From UHGV virus genome UHGV-1407012: a stretch of DNA of 37,288 bases; one strand, given 5' to 3'. The notes under the pieces were generated by a model. That model saw nothing but the letters and a program-made list of their open reading frames with translations. It had not been told where the DNA came from and made no database searches. Positions 1-7,445 of the stretch are shown here, piece after piece. The position numbers and the translations under genes are program-made. Origin of the DNA: a virus. Within the stretch, counting starts at the first letter, position 1. The number at the start of each line of letters is the position of its first letter.

Positions 1-164
1 TCATCAATTTCCATCGCAGCGGGCACAGATACCGGCGCTGGCGGGGAGGCGAGCATGGACATCAACGCGCATATGGTGTCCTCGCTGATTTCAAACATAC
101 CACTGGTGTTCTGCGTCGATGCTTTCATCTCTTCGATAATGCGCTCTTTCGTAAATTCAGCCAT
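1..164 (-). CDS. Hypothetical protein, 3' truncated by window edge (N-terminus MAEFTKERIIEEMKAS...)
   Basis: ATG at 164..162 preceded by GGGGGAG-type RBS; open frame continues to position 1 without stop; not in ORF track because incomplete. Confidence 0.4.
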   Translation of the reverse strand, partial: MAEFTKERIIEEMKASTQNTSGMFEISEDTICALMSMLASPPAPVSVPAAMEID

Positions 165-168
165 ATCC

Positions 169-507
169 CTACTCCCCCTTTATGCTGACATTAACGCCAA
201 CTTTGCGAATCTCATCGGCGCATCTGTTGATAATATTTCTGTGAAAATCACAAAAAATTTTCGCCGACTGTGGCCCTAACGGGTGAACATCTTGCGTACG
301 CGGCAGTACAACCTGCCGCGCCTCCAGCTCGGCAATCCGCTTCTCTGCGGCTTCCAGCTCATCCAGCAGCGCCAGCACAGCATCCGGCGTGGCCGCCTCT
401 TTGAATTCCAGCAGGGCAATCATCGCTTTGGTATAGCGTGAAATGTTTCCCAACTCTTTTGCTTTCTGCGCCGCCTCACCCAGTGCCTGATAATCAATCT
501 TGCTCAC
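169..507 (-). CDS. Hypothetical early-left protein (about 112 aa from GTG 507; ORF track allows GTG at 528)
   Basis: ORF 169..528; AAGGAGG RBS 6 nt upstream of GTG at 507..505; GTGA overlap with upstream small ORF. Confidence 0.5.
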   Translation of the reverse strand: MSKIDYQALGEAAQKAKELGNISRYTKAMIALLEFKEAATPDAVLALLDELEAAEKRIAELEARQVVLPRTQDVHPLGPQSAKIFCDFHRNIINRCADEIRKVGVNVSIKGE

Positions 508-671
508 TGGTTGCCTCCTTTGCGCCACATCGCATTCAGATATTTGTTTTTATTCACTGAAGGAAAAGAATTTCTCTTAAGCAATTCCTCTCTCGATGGC
601 ATTGGCTTTACGCGTTGGCGAATAATCATTTCTGCCGGAAGAATGCCGGGATTGTATGCAAGTCCTCTCAT
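504..671 (-). CDS. Small hypothetical protein (55 aa, [26 protein letters not shown]...)
   Basis: ATG at 671 overlaps the stop of the upstream gene (ATGA); GGAG 9 nt upstream; ends with TGA overlapping next start; below ORF-track size cutoff. Confidence 0.3.
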   Translation of the reverse strand: MRGLAYNPGILPAEMIIRQRVKPMPSREELLKRNSFPSVNKNKYLNAMWRKGGNQ

Positions 672-958
672 GATTTACTCTCCACGACCTGGTCAATAGC
701 CATGCTAAGTGACACACCTAAAGTCTCGATATGTTGCTGAATATCCTGTAGCGTCTGCGCCTGAGATAACAGGATTTCACGGTTGCATAATTCTTTAACC
801 AGATGCTCAAACTTGCTGTAATAACCGATACGGCTTAGTGTTTCTTTCCCTGCATTCTCGCCTTCTTTGATAATTCCTCTTTCGCTAAGAATCAGATCGT
901 GTTTGGTTCCGGTAATAACGTATTTTCCGAGGTCGATGTTTAGCTTCATTGTTTTCAT
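668..958 (-). CDS. Hypothetical protein (96 aa, [21 protein letters not shown]...)
   Basis: In-frame ATG at 958 with GAGGAA RBS 5 nt upstream, inside track ORF 668..1111. Confidence 0.55.
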   Translation of the reverse strand: MKTMKLNIDLGKYVITGTKHDLILSERGIIKEGENAGKETLSRIGYYSKFEHLVKELCNREILLSQAQTLQDIQQHIETLGVSLSMAIDQVVESKS

Positions 959-968
959 TGTTAATTCC

Positions 969-1265
969 TCAGTCATTACTGATAGCGCCATAGCGTGAGC
1001 GGTAATTACGCAGGCGCGGGTCGATATATTCAGGGAAGTGGGTATATGTGGCTTTGCGGAATGGTCGGATTGATGTCTGGTAAATTCGCTCGCGTTCTTC
1101 TTTCTCTGCAAGCCATATACAGTGGCGAAATTCCTTTTCCTCTTTCGTTTCCTGCGGTAGAGACATTATTCGATCGTAGTTTTTTCTGAATTTATCCAGC
1201 ACCTCCGATACGGAATTGCCGGAACAGCGGCGCGGGTCATCCGCACCATACTGAGGCGCTGGCAT
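969..1265 (-). CDS. Hypothetical protein (98 aa)
   Basis: ATG at 1265 with AGGAG RBS 7 nt upstream; tight packing with neighbours. Confidence 0.6.
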   Translation of the reverse strand: MPAPQYGADDPRRCSGNSVSEVLDKFRKNYDRIMSLPQETKEEKEFRHCIWLAEKEERERIYQTSIRPFRKATYTHFPEYIDPRLRNYRSRYGAISND

Positions 1266-1278
1266 GATTTTCTCCTGA

Positions 1279-1758
1279 TTAAATTGCGTGAATAGCGTGA
1301 CGAGGGAAGGGGAGAGTTACTGGTTCCTCGTCTGGGTAGATAGGTTTGTTATGTTTGTGCCACTCGACATGGCATGACTTGCAGAGCCACATCACATCGG
1401 TTGGTTTGCTGTAGTCGCAGTGGTGCGCCTGTGGTTTACATTCTGATCCGCAGCACTCACATTGTGGTGGTCGGATTAGCTTACCGTCGCGCAAAAAATT
1501 ACCCACAATGATGTGGGCTTTTCTTTTCCATGGGTTGCTCTGAATGAACCGCTTTTTGGCTGCGTTACACCGTTCTCTTCCGCGTTCCGATGATTGATAT
1601 TCTCTCCTTGCTGATACTCGATGTGGCAATCCAGCGCGTTCTTTGTCGTATTCAGCCAGGCAAGCCCGGCAAGCGGCAGTTAATCCATCTCTGGATGCTC
1701 TTCTGATTTGAAATTCCCTTTCTTCCTTCTGTTGATGGCATCTTGAGCAGATTTTCAT
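1279..1758 (-). CDS. HNH-family endonuclease with N-terminal Cys-rich (zinc-ribbon-like) segment
   Basis: CxxC...CxxC pairs and C-terminal HHCDY...WLCKSCH...WH motif typical of HNH nucleases; AGGAG RBS. Confidence 0.7.
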   Translation of the reverse strand: MKICSRCHQQKEEREFQIRRASRDGLTAACRACLAEYDKERAGLPHRVSARREYQSSERGRERCNAAKKRFIQSNPWKRKAHIIVGNFLRDGKLIRPPQCECCGSECKPQAHHCDYSKPTDVMWLCKSCHVEWHKHNKPIYPDEEPVTLPFPRHAIHAI

Positions 1759-1767
1759 ATTCAGCTC

Positions 1768-2241
1768 CTAGAACGGAATATCCGAATCGTCGAAGTTCAT
1801 AGGTGGTTCGCTGTGATTCCCCTGCTGCTGAGATTGCTGTCTTTGTTGCTGACCGTTATTTCGCTGAGGTGAAGACTGTTCATTGCCTCCTTGCTTGCCA
1901 CCAAGCATTTGCATGGTTCCACCAACGCCAACGATGACTTCGGTAGTGAACCTATCCTGTCCGCTTTGATCCTGCCATTTTCTTGTCCGCAATTTTCCTT
2001 CAAGATAAACCTCAGAGCCTTTTCGCAGATATTCGCTGGCAATTTCTGCCAGTTTCCCGCTCATTACCACGCGGTGCCACTCCGTCTGCTCCTTTTGCTC
2101 TCCAGTTTGCTTATCACGCCATTGTTCTGACGTAGCAACTGTAAGGTTTGCAAATGCCGTTCCTGATGGTGAATATCTGATTTCTGGATCATGCCCAAGG
2201 CGACCAATAATGATCACCTTATTTACGCCTCTGCTTGCCAT
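1768..2241 (-). CDS. ssb: Single-stranded DNA-binding protein
   Basis: OB-fold SSB signature ([17 protein letters not shown]...), Gln/Gly-rich tail, acidic C-terminus ending DDSDIPF. Confidence 0.9.
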   Translation of the reverse strand: MASRGVNKVIIIGRLGHDPEIRYSPSGTAFANLTVATSEQWRDKQTGEQKEQTEWHRVVMSGKLAEIASEYLRKGSEVYLEGKLRTRKWQDQSGQDRFTTEVIVGVGGTMQMLGGKQGGNEQSSPQRNNGQQQRQQSQQQGNHSEPPMNFDDSDIPF

Positions 2242-2949
2242 TTATGCCGCCTGTTTTAGCTCGTTAACTCTGATGTTCATTACCTGAACGCATTTAGCCT
2301 GCGCATCCTCATTGCCAGCCATTAATTGCCAGTCACGCTGATAACGCTCGATGAGTTTTTTCTTGTCAGTTTCTGTTGACGCATAATCGCTGAAGTCTTT
2401 CAGGATTTGTTCGCAGTCAACCGATGGAGATTTCTGGTTGGTATTTTCTGGTGATGGTTTGTTATCTGATGCTGGTATTGCCCATCCCGGCAGCGATGGA
2501 GGGAGCCAGTAAAATCCTGTTCCATCCTTGAGTTTTGCCCTGTGCCATCCCTGCTTTTTATCGAGAGATGTTTGTGCAAAACCTTCCTCAAGGTTATACA
2601 GATACCGACCGATTCCCCACTGAACGGCAGCGCGCTTCATTGCACCGGAACGACCACCTTTTACGGCTTCTACCTGCGTGTTTTCAGCAGCATCCCATTT
2701 GGTTACCCATTCGGAATCAATCCTGATTGATATGCCGCATTCAACGCCTCCGTTGTTGGGAATATCGCGGTATTCATTGCGCCATCCTGCTTTGCCGCAA
2801 ACATCGTCCAGGCGTTTCATGATTGCCCTGTTCGTGACATAAGCCAGCACCATAGCCCACACCTTTCCATCGCGTGTTTTACCGCTTTGCTGTATTCGCC
2901 ATTCGATATCTTCAGGGCTGAATGGCTCATCGAATTTGTTCAAATCCAT
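2242..2949 (-). CDS. Rad52-like single-strand annealing protein (recombinase)
   Basis: Motif ...MKRAAVQWGIGRYLY... characteristic of Rad52/Sak-type annealing proteins; sits directly upstream of ssb as in phage recombination modules. Confidence 0.7.
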   Translation of the reverse strand: MDLNKFDEPFSPEDIEWRIQQSGKTRDGKVWAMVLAYVTNRAIMKRLDDVCGKAGWRNEYRDIPNNGGVECGISIRIDSEWVTKWDAAENTQVEAVKGGRSGAMKRAAVQWGIGRYLYNLEEGFAQTSLDKKQGWHRAKLKDGTGFYWLPPSLPGWAIPASDNKPSPENTNQKSPSVDCEQILKDFSDYASTETDKKKLIERYQRDWQLMAGNEDAQAKCVQVMNIRVNELKQAA

Positions 2950-2957
2950 AATTCACC

Positions 2958-3128
2958 TCAGAATGGACACGGCCCAAGGAAATAACGCTGATTTAATACT
3001 TCGACTCGGGACAAATTAAGGCATACCCGCATTCCTTCGCGGTCGCCATTATGGCGATACCAGAGAGCTTTCTGCGTGTACATGCGTCTCTGTAACTTGC
3101 TCTCCTTCACTGTGGTTGCAAGTGACAT
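2958..3128 (-). CDS. Small hypothetical protein (56 aa, MSLATTVKESKLQRRMYTQK...)
   Basis: ATG with strong AAGGAGATATTC RBS; overlaps 3049..3207 in another frame, so only one of the two may be real. Confidence 0.3.
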   Translation of the reverse strand: MSLATTVKESKLQRRMYTQKALWYRHNGDREGMRVCLNLSRVEVLNQRYFLGPCPF

Positions 3129-3207
3129 GAATATCTCCTTCGTTACCGATTAAATCTTTCATCTGACGAATGAATTCTTCGTCTGACCAGTTATCTGTAA
3201 AACTCAT
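3049..3207 (-). CDS. Small acidic hypothetical protein (52 aa, MSFTDNWSDEEFIRQMKDL...)
   Basis: ATGA start/stop overlap with the upstream Kil-like ORF (translational coupling). Confidence 0.3.
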   Translation of the reverse strand: MSFTDNWSDEEFIRQMKDLIGNEGDIHVTCNHSEGEQVTETHVHAESSLVSP

Positions 3208-3356
3208 TTCCTGCGATACCACGGAAGGTTGATAGCTGATTTCATCTCTTTATTTGCTTCAAGCCACATTTTGGAATCACCAATAAATCTGGCTATTACT
3301 GCTTTGTTTTGTGCCGCACGAAGCATCTGGTGATTGATGGCTATTTCATTGCGCAT
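3204..3356 (-). CDS. kil: Kil-like small protein (50 aa)
   Basis: Position immediately after cIII, overlapping its 3' end as in lambda; segment ...AVIARFIGDSKMW... resembles lambda Kil as recalled (from memory, unverified). Confidence 0.4.
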   Translation of the reverse strand: MRNEIAINHQMLRAAQNKAVIARFIGDSKMWLEANKEMKSAINLPWYRRK

Positions 3357-3472
3357 AATAAGACCTCAACTCTTTTCCATCCGTCACGTAATTTACGGGT
3401 GATTCGTTCAAGTAAAGATTCATTTAGTTGGAAGGCACCCATGCGAGCGCCTCCCGCGATTGCGTAAATCAT
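3341..3472 (-). CDS. cIII: cIII-like FtsH (HflB) protease inhibitor (43 aa)
   Basis: Core ...ESLLERITRKLRDGWKR... matches the lambda CIII helix as recalled; AAGGAA RBS; position in the pL operon. Confidence 0.6.
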   Translation of the reverse strand: MIYAIAGGARMGAFQLNESLLERITRKLRDGWKRVEVLLCAMK

Positions 3473-3496
3473 GGGTGGTTCCTTATGTTGGTTTTA

Positions 3497-4465
3497 TTAG
3501 TAGGTTATTTTTGTTGCGAATACTTCGCCTTTTACGATGGCTGTTATGATATTTTTAGCAATATCTTCTGATGCGCCAACCTTGATAAGGTCAGCAAGTA
3601 TTTTGTTATTTACTTCTTTCCGGTGAGCTTTATCCTTTGCTCTACGCTCTTCTTCGTCCTTGATTCTTTTTTCTTCTGCTATTCTGGCTTGCTCTTTTGC
3701 TTCAGCCTCGCGACGGATTCGTTCAGCCTCCTCCTGTGCTTTTCTGCGTTCTGCTTCAATTGCTGCCTGCTTTTCTCTTTCAGCTCGTTCTGCTGCCTCT
3801 TTTGCTTCGCGCTGTGCTCGTTGCTCGGCTTCAATGCGTTCACGCTCTGCACGTTCCGCTGCGGCCTTAGCTTCTGCTTCTCGCCTTGCTGCTGCTTCAA
3901 TTTCGGCTTTTGCCTTTGCTTCGGCTTCTGCTCTGGCTTTCTCTTCAGCTTCTCTTTTTAATCGTTCTTCATGCTCTCGCTTTTCCTGCTCCGCTTTGAG
4001 TCTTGCCTCTTCTCTTTGGCGGTCAAATTCGCGATCCATCAAAATCGCTATTTCATGGTCAGACTCAATTTGCTTTGCGAGAGCTTCAGCTGCTGCCTTA
4101 GCTTCTTCTTCGGCTTTAATCCGCGCCTGTTCTTCCTCATAATCAGTAAGAGGCTGGCGCGCCTTGGCTTTCAGTTCATCAAGGCGATCACGCACCGTCT
4201 TGCGGTTGGCATCAATTAGCTTTGGAATTTCCTTCAGTTCAGCAACAAGGTCTTTGCCAAGACCATCGAGATATGTTTTCGTCTGTGCAACTTTAAACGC
4301 CAGAGAAGCGATCTCCTTTCTGCCCTTTGCCGTTGTGATATCAGGCACAAAGGACATAACTTCACGTTCAACCTTTTGGAGAATTTCTTCAATCTGGTCA
4401 GCAGACTGAAATACAATCATTGCATTTGCTTTTTCAATAACAACTAAATCTGTTACTTCACTCAT
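3497..4465 (-). CDS. Coiled-coil protein with long Glu/Ala/Arg/Lys low-complexity repeat (322 aa)
   Basis: ATG 4465 with GGAGG RBS (track ORF extends to TTG at 4519); about 150 aa of EAKA/RREAE heptad-like repeats between structured N- and C-terminal regions. Confidence 0.7.
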   Translation of the reverse strand: MSEVTDLVVIEKANAMIVFQSADQIEEILQKVEREVMSFVPDITTAKGRKEIASLAFKVAQTKTYLDGLGKDLVAELKEIPKLIDANRKTVRDRLDELKAKARQPLTDYEEEQARIKAEEEAKAAAEALAKQIESDHEIAILMDREFDRQREEARLKAEQEKREHEERLKREAEEKARAEAEAKAKAEIEAAARREAEAKAAAERAERERIEAEQRAQREAKEAAERAEREKQAAIEAERRKAQEEAERIRREAEAKEQARIAEEKRIKDEEERRAKDKAHRKEVNNKILADLIKVGASEDIAKNIITAIVKGEVFATKITY

Positions 4466-4599
4466 ATATCCTCCATCAAAAAAATCGCCCTCACATTGGA
4501 GGGCAAAGAAGATTTCCAATAATCAGAACAAGTCGGCTCCTGTTTAGTTACGAGCGACATTGCTCCGTGTATTCACTCGTTGGAATGAATACACAGTGC

Positions 4600-4788
4600 T
4601 TATTCGTCATGCATTTCAGGTAATTCTTCGTATTCGACTCCCCATACGAGTTTACACCAAGTGACTCGCTCATATCTTTTACAAAAATCAGACCACATAA
4701 CTTGTGTTCCATCATGGTTTGTTATTACTTCTGTAATATCACCAACACTAACAAAACTGGTATTAGAAGCAGTTATTTTTACTTTCAT
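4600..4788 (-). CDS. Hypothetical protein (62 aa)
   Basis: TAATG overlap with upstream gene stop; AT-rich. Confidence 0.55.
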   Translation of the reverse strand: MKVKITASNTSFVSVGDITEVITNHDGTQVMWSDFCKRYERVTWCKLVWGVEYEELPEMHDE

Positions 4789-5075
4789 TACTTATCCCCA
4801 AGAGCTTTTCTGATTGCTGCGATACCTTTATTAACAGCTCCATACCATTCTGGATATGTTGTCGTTGTTCTATTTTTGGTTTGCTTAAGTAATAACTGAA
4901 GTGCTTCGAGAAGGTCAGGAGCTGCTGCTATCAGTAGCGCATCCTCCCTTTCATTTCTTGTTGCTGCTTCAATGTATGTGTCACCAATCGTCACACCATG
5001 GAACGTAGTCATCATCTCGTTGACGTTTCTAACCGTGTACTTCCATTTACCAGGCGTACCCTTAAACTCTTTCAT
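4788..5075 (-). CDS. Hypothetical protein (about 95 aa)
   Basis: ATG 5075 with GAGGTG RBS (track start 5081 is GTG). Confidence 0.55.
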   Translation of the reverse strand: MKEFKGTPGKWKYTVRNVNEMMTTFHGVTIGDTYIEAATRNEREDALLIAAAPDLLEALQLLLKQTKNRTTTTYPEWYGAVNKGIAAIRKALGDK

Positions 5076-5095
5076 ATCCACCTCTGTTGTTTATG

Positions 5096-5123
5096 CCAAA
5101 AATAAAGGCCGACTATGCGGCCT
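5096..5123 (-). terminator. Rho-independent terminator (minus strand) after the membrane-protein gene
   Basis: AGGCCG-loop-CGGCCT stem followed by a U-tract on the minus-strand transcript. Confidence 0.5.
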
Positions 5124-5127
5124 GAGA

Positions 5128-5577
5128 TTACTTAACCAATGATGCTGCATATTCGATAAGGTAAAGCTTTGGGGCCAGCCAAATTTTTAACCAAGTCATA
5201 TTGGTTACTACACCAATAATAAAAATCCCCCACAGAGTCAAAACTCCAACCAATGGCATGATAAGAAGGTTAATATCTCCTTTGCTATCCCAAACCATTG
5301 TCGGCCTGTATTTGGGATTTCCCCTCTCCCATGAGTATCCTTCATCACCGATTTTACCTGTCTCAACTCTTTGGCACTGCTTCTTCATAAACCAGAAAAC
5401 CAGTGGGATTGTTAGAATGGCTATTAATGTTTTAATCAGACTGTCAACCATATTCCATAGCAGCAACTGATGAACAACATCAGGAATCTGCGCTTGGCTG
5501 AATGAAACAGCCGCGTCTATTCCATTGCTGGCTTTTTGCAGTAGTTCTACGAGAATCTTGTTTGCTTGTTCTTCCAT
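5128..5577 (-). CDS. Inner-membrane protein with two predicted TM helices (149 aa); possible superinfection-exclusion-type moron
   Basis: Hydrophobic segments IKTLIAILTIPLVFWFM and LLIMPLVGVLTLWGIFIIGVV; intrinsic terminators on both sides; position equivalent to sieB-type genes of lambdoid phages (inference). Confidence 0.65.
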   Translation of the reverse strand: MEEQANKILVELLQKASNGIDAAVSFSQAQIPDVVHQLLLWNMVDSLIKTLIAILTIPLVFWFMKKQCQRVETGKIGDEGYSWERGNPKYRPTMVWDSKGDINLLIMPLVGVLTLWGIFIIGVVTNMTWLKIWLAPKLYLIEYAASLVK

Positions 5578-5618
5578 ATATCCCCTTGATTGTAATAAGC
5601 ATGAAATTATTTACGGCC

Positions 5619-5648
5619 AAAAAATAAAGGCCACCATCAGGCAGCCTT
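5619..5648 (-). terminator. Candidate rho-independent terminator (minus strand)
   Basis: 9-bp stem that pairs only on the minus-strand RNA (two G-U pairs) followed by UAUUUUUUGG; overlaps the stop codon of ORF 5637..5837. Confidence 0.4.
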
Positions 5649-5837
5649 GTTATTCTGTTTACCAAGTTCTCTGGCAATCATTGCCGTCGTTCGTATTGCC
5701 CATTTATCGACATATTTCCCATCATCCATTACAGGAAACATTTCTTCAGGCTTAACCATGTATTCCGATTGCAGCTTGCATCCATTGCATCGCTTGAATT
5801 GTCCACACCATTGATTTGTATCAATAGTCGTAGTCAT
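5637..5837 (-). CDS. Hypothetical Cys-containing small protein (66 aa)
   Basis: ATG 5837; contains CGQFKRCNGC cluster. Confidence 0.5.
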   Translation of the reverse strand: MTTTIDTNQWCGQFKRCNGCKLQSEYMVKPEEMFPVMDDGKYVDKWAIRTTAMIARELGKQNNKAA

Positions 5838-5907
5838 ACGGATAGTCCTGGTATTGTTCCATCACATCCTGAGGATGCTCTTCGAACTCTTCAAATTCTT
5901 CTTCCAT
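5821..5907 (-). CDS. Possible very acidic micro-protein (28 aa, MEEEFEEFEEHPQDVMEQYQDYPYDYDY)
   Basis: ATG with GAGGTG RBS 4 nt upstream; 3' end overlaps the start of the next gene; too short for ORF track. Confidence 0.25.
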   Translation of the reverse strand: MEEEFEEFEEHPQDVMEQYQDYPYDYDY

Positions 5908-5969
5908 ATCTCACCTCAAATAAGTGGTTTGCTGCCAAAACAATGAACCATCCGGAAATTCCAGATAGT

Positions 5970-6194
5970 TCATAATTCACTCTTCAATACTTCCAACTTA
6001 CTAATCGCCGATAGATATCCGCGCTGATAGGGCATCATCATTCCTTCGAGCTTGCCACTTCTTAACTCCTCCCTGAGCAATTGTATTGCTTGATCAATAA
6101 CCTCTGCCTTAGCGTCCTTTATGGCTTGCTTGCGGGGCTTTGCTTTCTGCTTTGGCAGATTTCTCAAGCATGATGGAATGTATGTCTGATTCAT
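5970..6194 (-). CDS. First gene of the pL operon (74 aa); N-like antiterminator only by position
   Basis: ATG 6194 with GAGG RBS; Lys/Arg-rich N-terminal stretch KQKAKPRKQ but no clear arginine-rich N motif. Confidence 0.55.
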   Translation of the reverse strand: MNQTYIPSCLRNLPKQKAKPRKQAIKDAKAEVIDQAIQLLREELRSGKLEGMMMPYQRGYLSAISKLEVLKSEL

Positions 6195-6437
6195 CACTTA
6201 CCTCGCTGTAACCTGCTTACTTGTACGATGACCAGCTGCGAAAAGCGCAACTTCTGGCAGGCAGACAGTACCACTCTTCAAATCAGCCTCCTTTTTCTTT
6301 TTCTATATCAAAAAGCTGCTTTGCTTTTGTGACTAAAAGCAAAAAAGCCTTCTCGCTAATGAGCAGCATTGCCGTTCATCCTGAACCCGCCGCGCTCCCG
6401 ACGCATGGTTTAATGTCGCGCCGTTCGACATGGCTTA

Positions 6438-6466
6438 ACTATATCCAAAGCTATTATTTCTGTAAA
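6438..6466 (-). promoter_or_regulatory. pL-like early-left promoter (-35 TTTACA, 17-bp spacer, -10 TATAGT on minus strand)
   Basis: Read on the reverse complement; overlapped by operator half-sites. Confidence 0.5.
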
Positions 6467-6473
6467 TAGCTAT
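6447..6473. promoter_or_regulatory. OL-type operator: AAAGCTAT-N11-ATAGCTAT inverted repeat
   Basis: Same half-site and spacing recur between cI and cro (7379..7405). Confidence 0.45.
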
Positions 6474-6560
6474 AGTTATAAAATAACTACTTTGGTTATT
6501 TAGTTGTTGATATATAATGTAATTTATTTTTCTTGAGTGTGATGTTTGGTGTGTTTTGGG

Positions 6561-6588
6561 CAATAAAAAACCCGCAAAAAGCGGGTTT
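6561..6588 (-). terminator. Rho-independent terminator downstream of cI
   Basis: AAACCCGC-loop-GCGGGTTT hairpin followed by UUUAUUG on the minus strand. Confidence 0.6.
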
Positions 6589-6605
6589 GTTGTGGTGTGA
6601 TGCGG

Positions 6606-7337
6606 TTAGTAATCAACTACAGACCACCAGAAAATTCTTCCGATGATCTCAATGTCACTTAGATTCTTTTCTTCTTGTGGGTATTCCAGTGAGTTAAAGC
6701 TTCTAATGCTTACCTTGTCAGGCCCTGTTCGAAAGAGAATCTTAATGCGTTTCCAACCGTTCTCGTTAATGGCGTAAATCTTTCCGTCAACTATTTTCTT
6801 ATCGTTGGTGTTAACAGCAACTGTTGTTCCATCAGGAATGTTTGGCTCCATGCTGTTGCCACGAGCCGGAAAACAAACAACCCCGCTTCCATCACTGTTC
6901 GCGCCAACTCTGCGAAGGGTTGATTTGGAAAAGCGCAACATAAAGCCGTTGTGATCTTCATCAATCACCCGACCATCCCCGCATGCAAACTCAATATCTT
7001 TAAGGTAAGGAATTTCAACTTCATCACCTCTTAAAGGCGTTCCTCCATCCCATGGGTCCAAACATCCCCACGTGCTTTCATGAGGAATAGAAGATTTTGG
7101 ATCATAAGGTTCAACTCCCTCATCACGCATTGGCCCAGTTCCATCGGAAAGCCATTCCGTACGAACTCCAAGCACTTTTGATATTTCAAAAAGTTTGCGC
7201 GTATTGCGTGTTTTTCCAGACGTAAGTTTCCAGACGCTTGGCTGAGACATGCCAACAGCATTGCCAAGAGAAGCCTGAGTAAACCCAGCCTGATCCATCG
7301 CGTATGTAAGCCTTTGAGAAAAAGTATCTAGTTTCAT
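6606..7337 (-). CDS. cI: CI-type prophage repressor (HTH N-domain, LexA-like S24 autopeptidase C-domain)
   Basis: HTH segment QASLGNAVGMSQPSVWKL; C-terminal GNSMEP serine motif and downstream Lys; divergent from cro. Confidence 0.9.
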   Translation of the reverse strand: MKLDTFSQRLTYAMDQAGFTQASLGNAVGMSQPSVWKLTSGKTRNTRKLFEISKVLGVRTEWLSDGTGPMRDEGVEPYDPKSSIPHESTWGCLDPWDGGTPLRGDEVEIPYLKDIEFACGDGRVIDEDHNGFMLRFSKSTLRRVGANSDGSGVVCFPARGNSMEPNIPDGTTVAVNTNDKKIVDGKIYAINENGWKRIKILFRTGPDKVSIRSFNSLEYPQEEKNLSDIEIIGRIFWWSVVDY

Positions 7338-7348
7338 TCGGACAACCT

Positions 7349-7405
7349 ATAGCTACAGCTATTATTAGTCAAATATCTAAAGCTATTTACTTTCTGAATA
7401 GCTTT
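7349..7405. promoter_or_regulatory. OR operator region: 14-bp palindrome ATAGCTacAGCTAT (7349..7362) and AAAGCTAT-N11-ATAGCTTT (7379..7405); includes putative pRM (-35 TTGACT on minus strand)
   Basis: Inverted repeats read directly; arrangement between divergent cI and cro. Confidence 0.45.
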
Positions 7406-7414
7406 GGCTATTAT
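7386..7414 (+). promoter_or_regulatory. pR-like promoter (-35 TTTACT, 17-bp spacer, -10 TATTAT)
   Basis: Positioned about 30 nt upstream of the cro start and overlapped by an operator. Confidence 0.45.
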
Positions 7415-7445
7415 TCTTGTTGTGAATTCAGCAGGAGTTATTTTT

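Noticed and set aside
55-279. 74-aa plus-strand ORF at the left edge
   Set aside because: Lies antisense to two well-supported minus-strand genes, has no RBS and is compositionally odd; likely a shadow ORF.
3623-4142. Several track ORFs on both strands inside the coiled-coil gene (3623..3961, 3660..4142, 3679..3900)
   Set aside because: The GAA/GCA/CGC-rich repeat keeps alternate frames open; their translations are low-complexity Ser/Ala/Cys/Phe strings and they lack starts with RBS.
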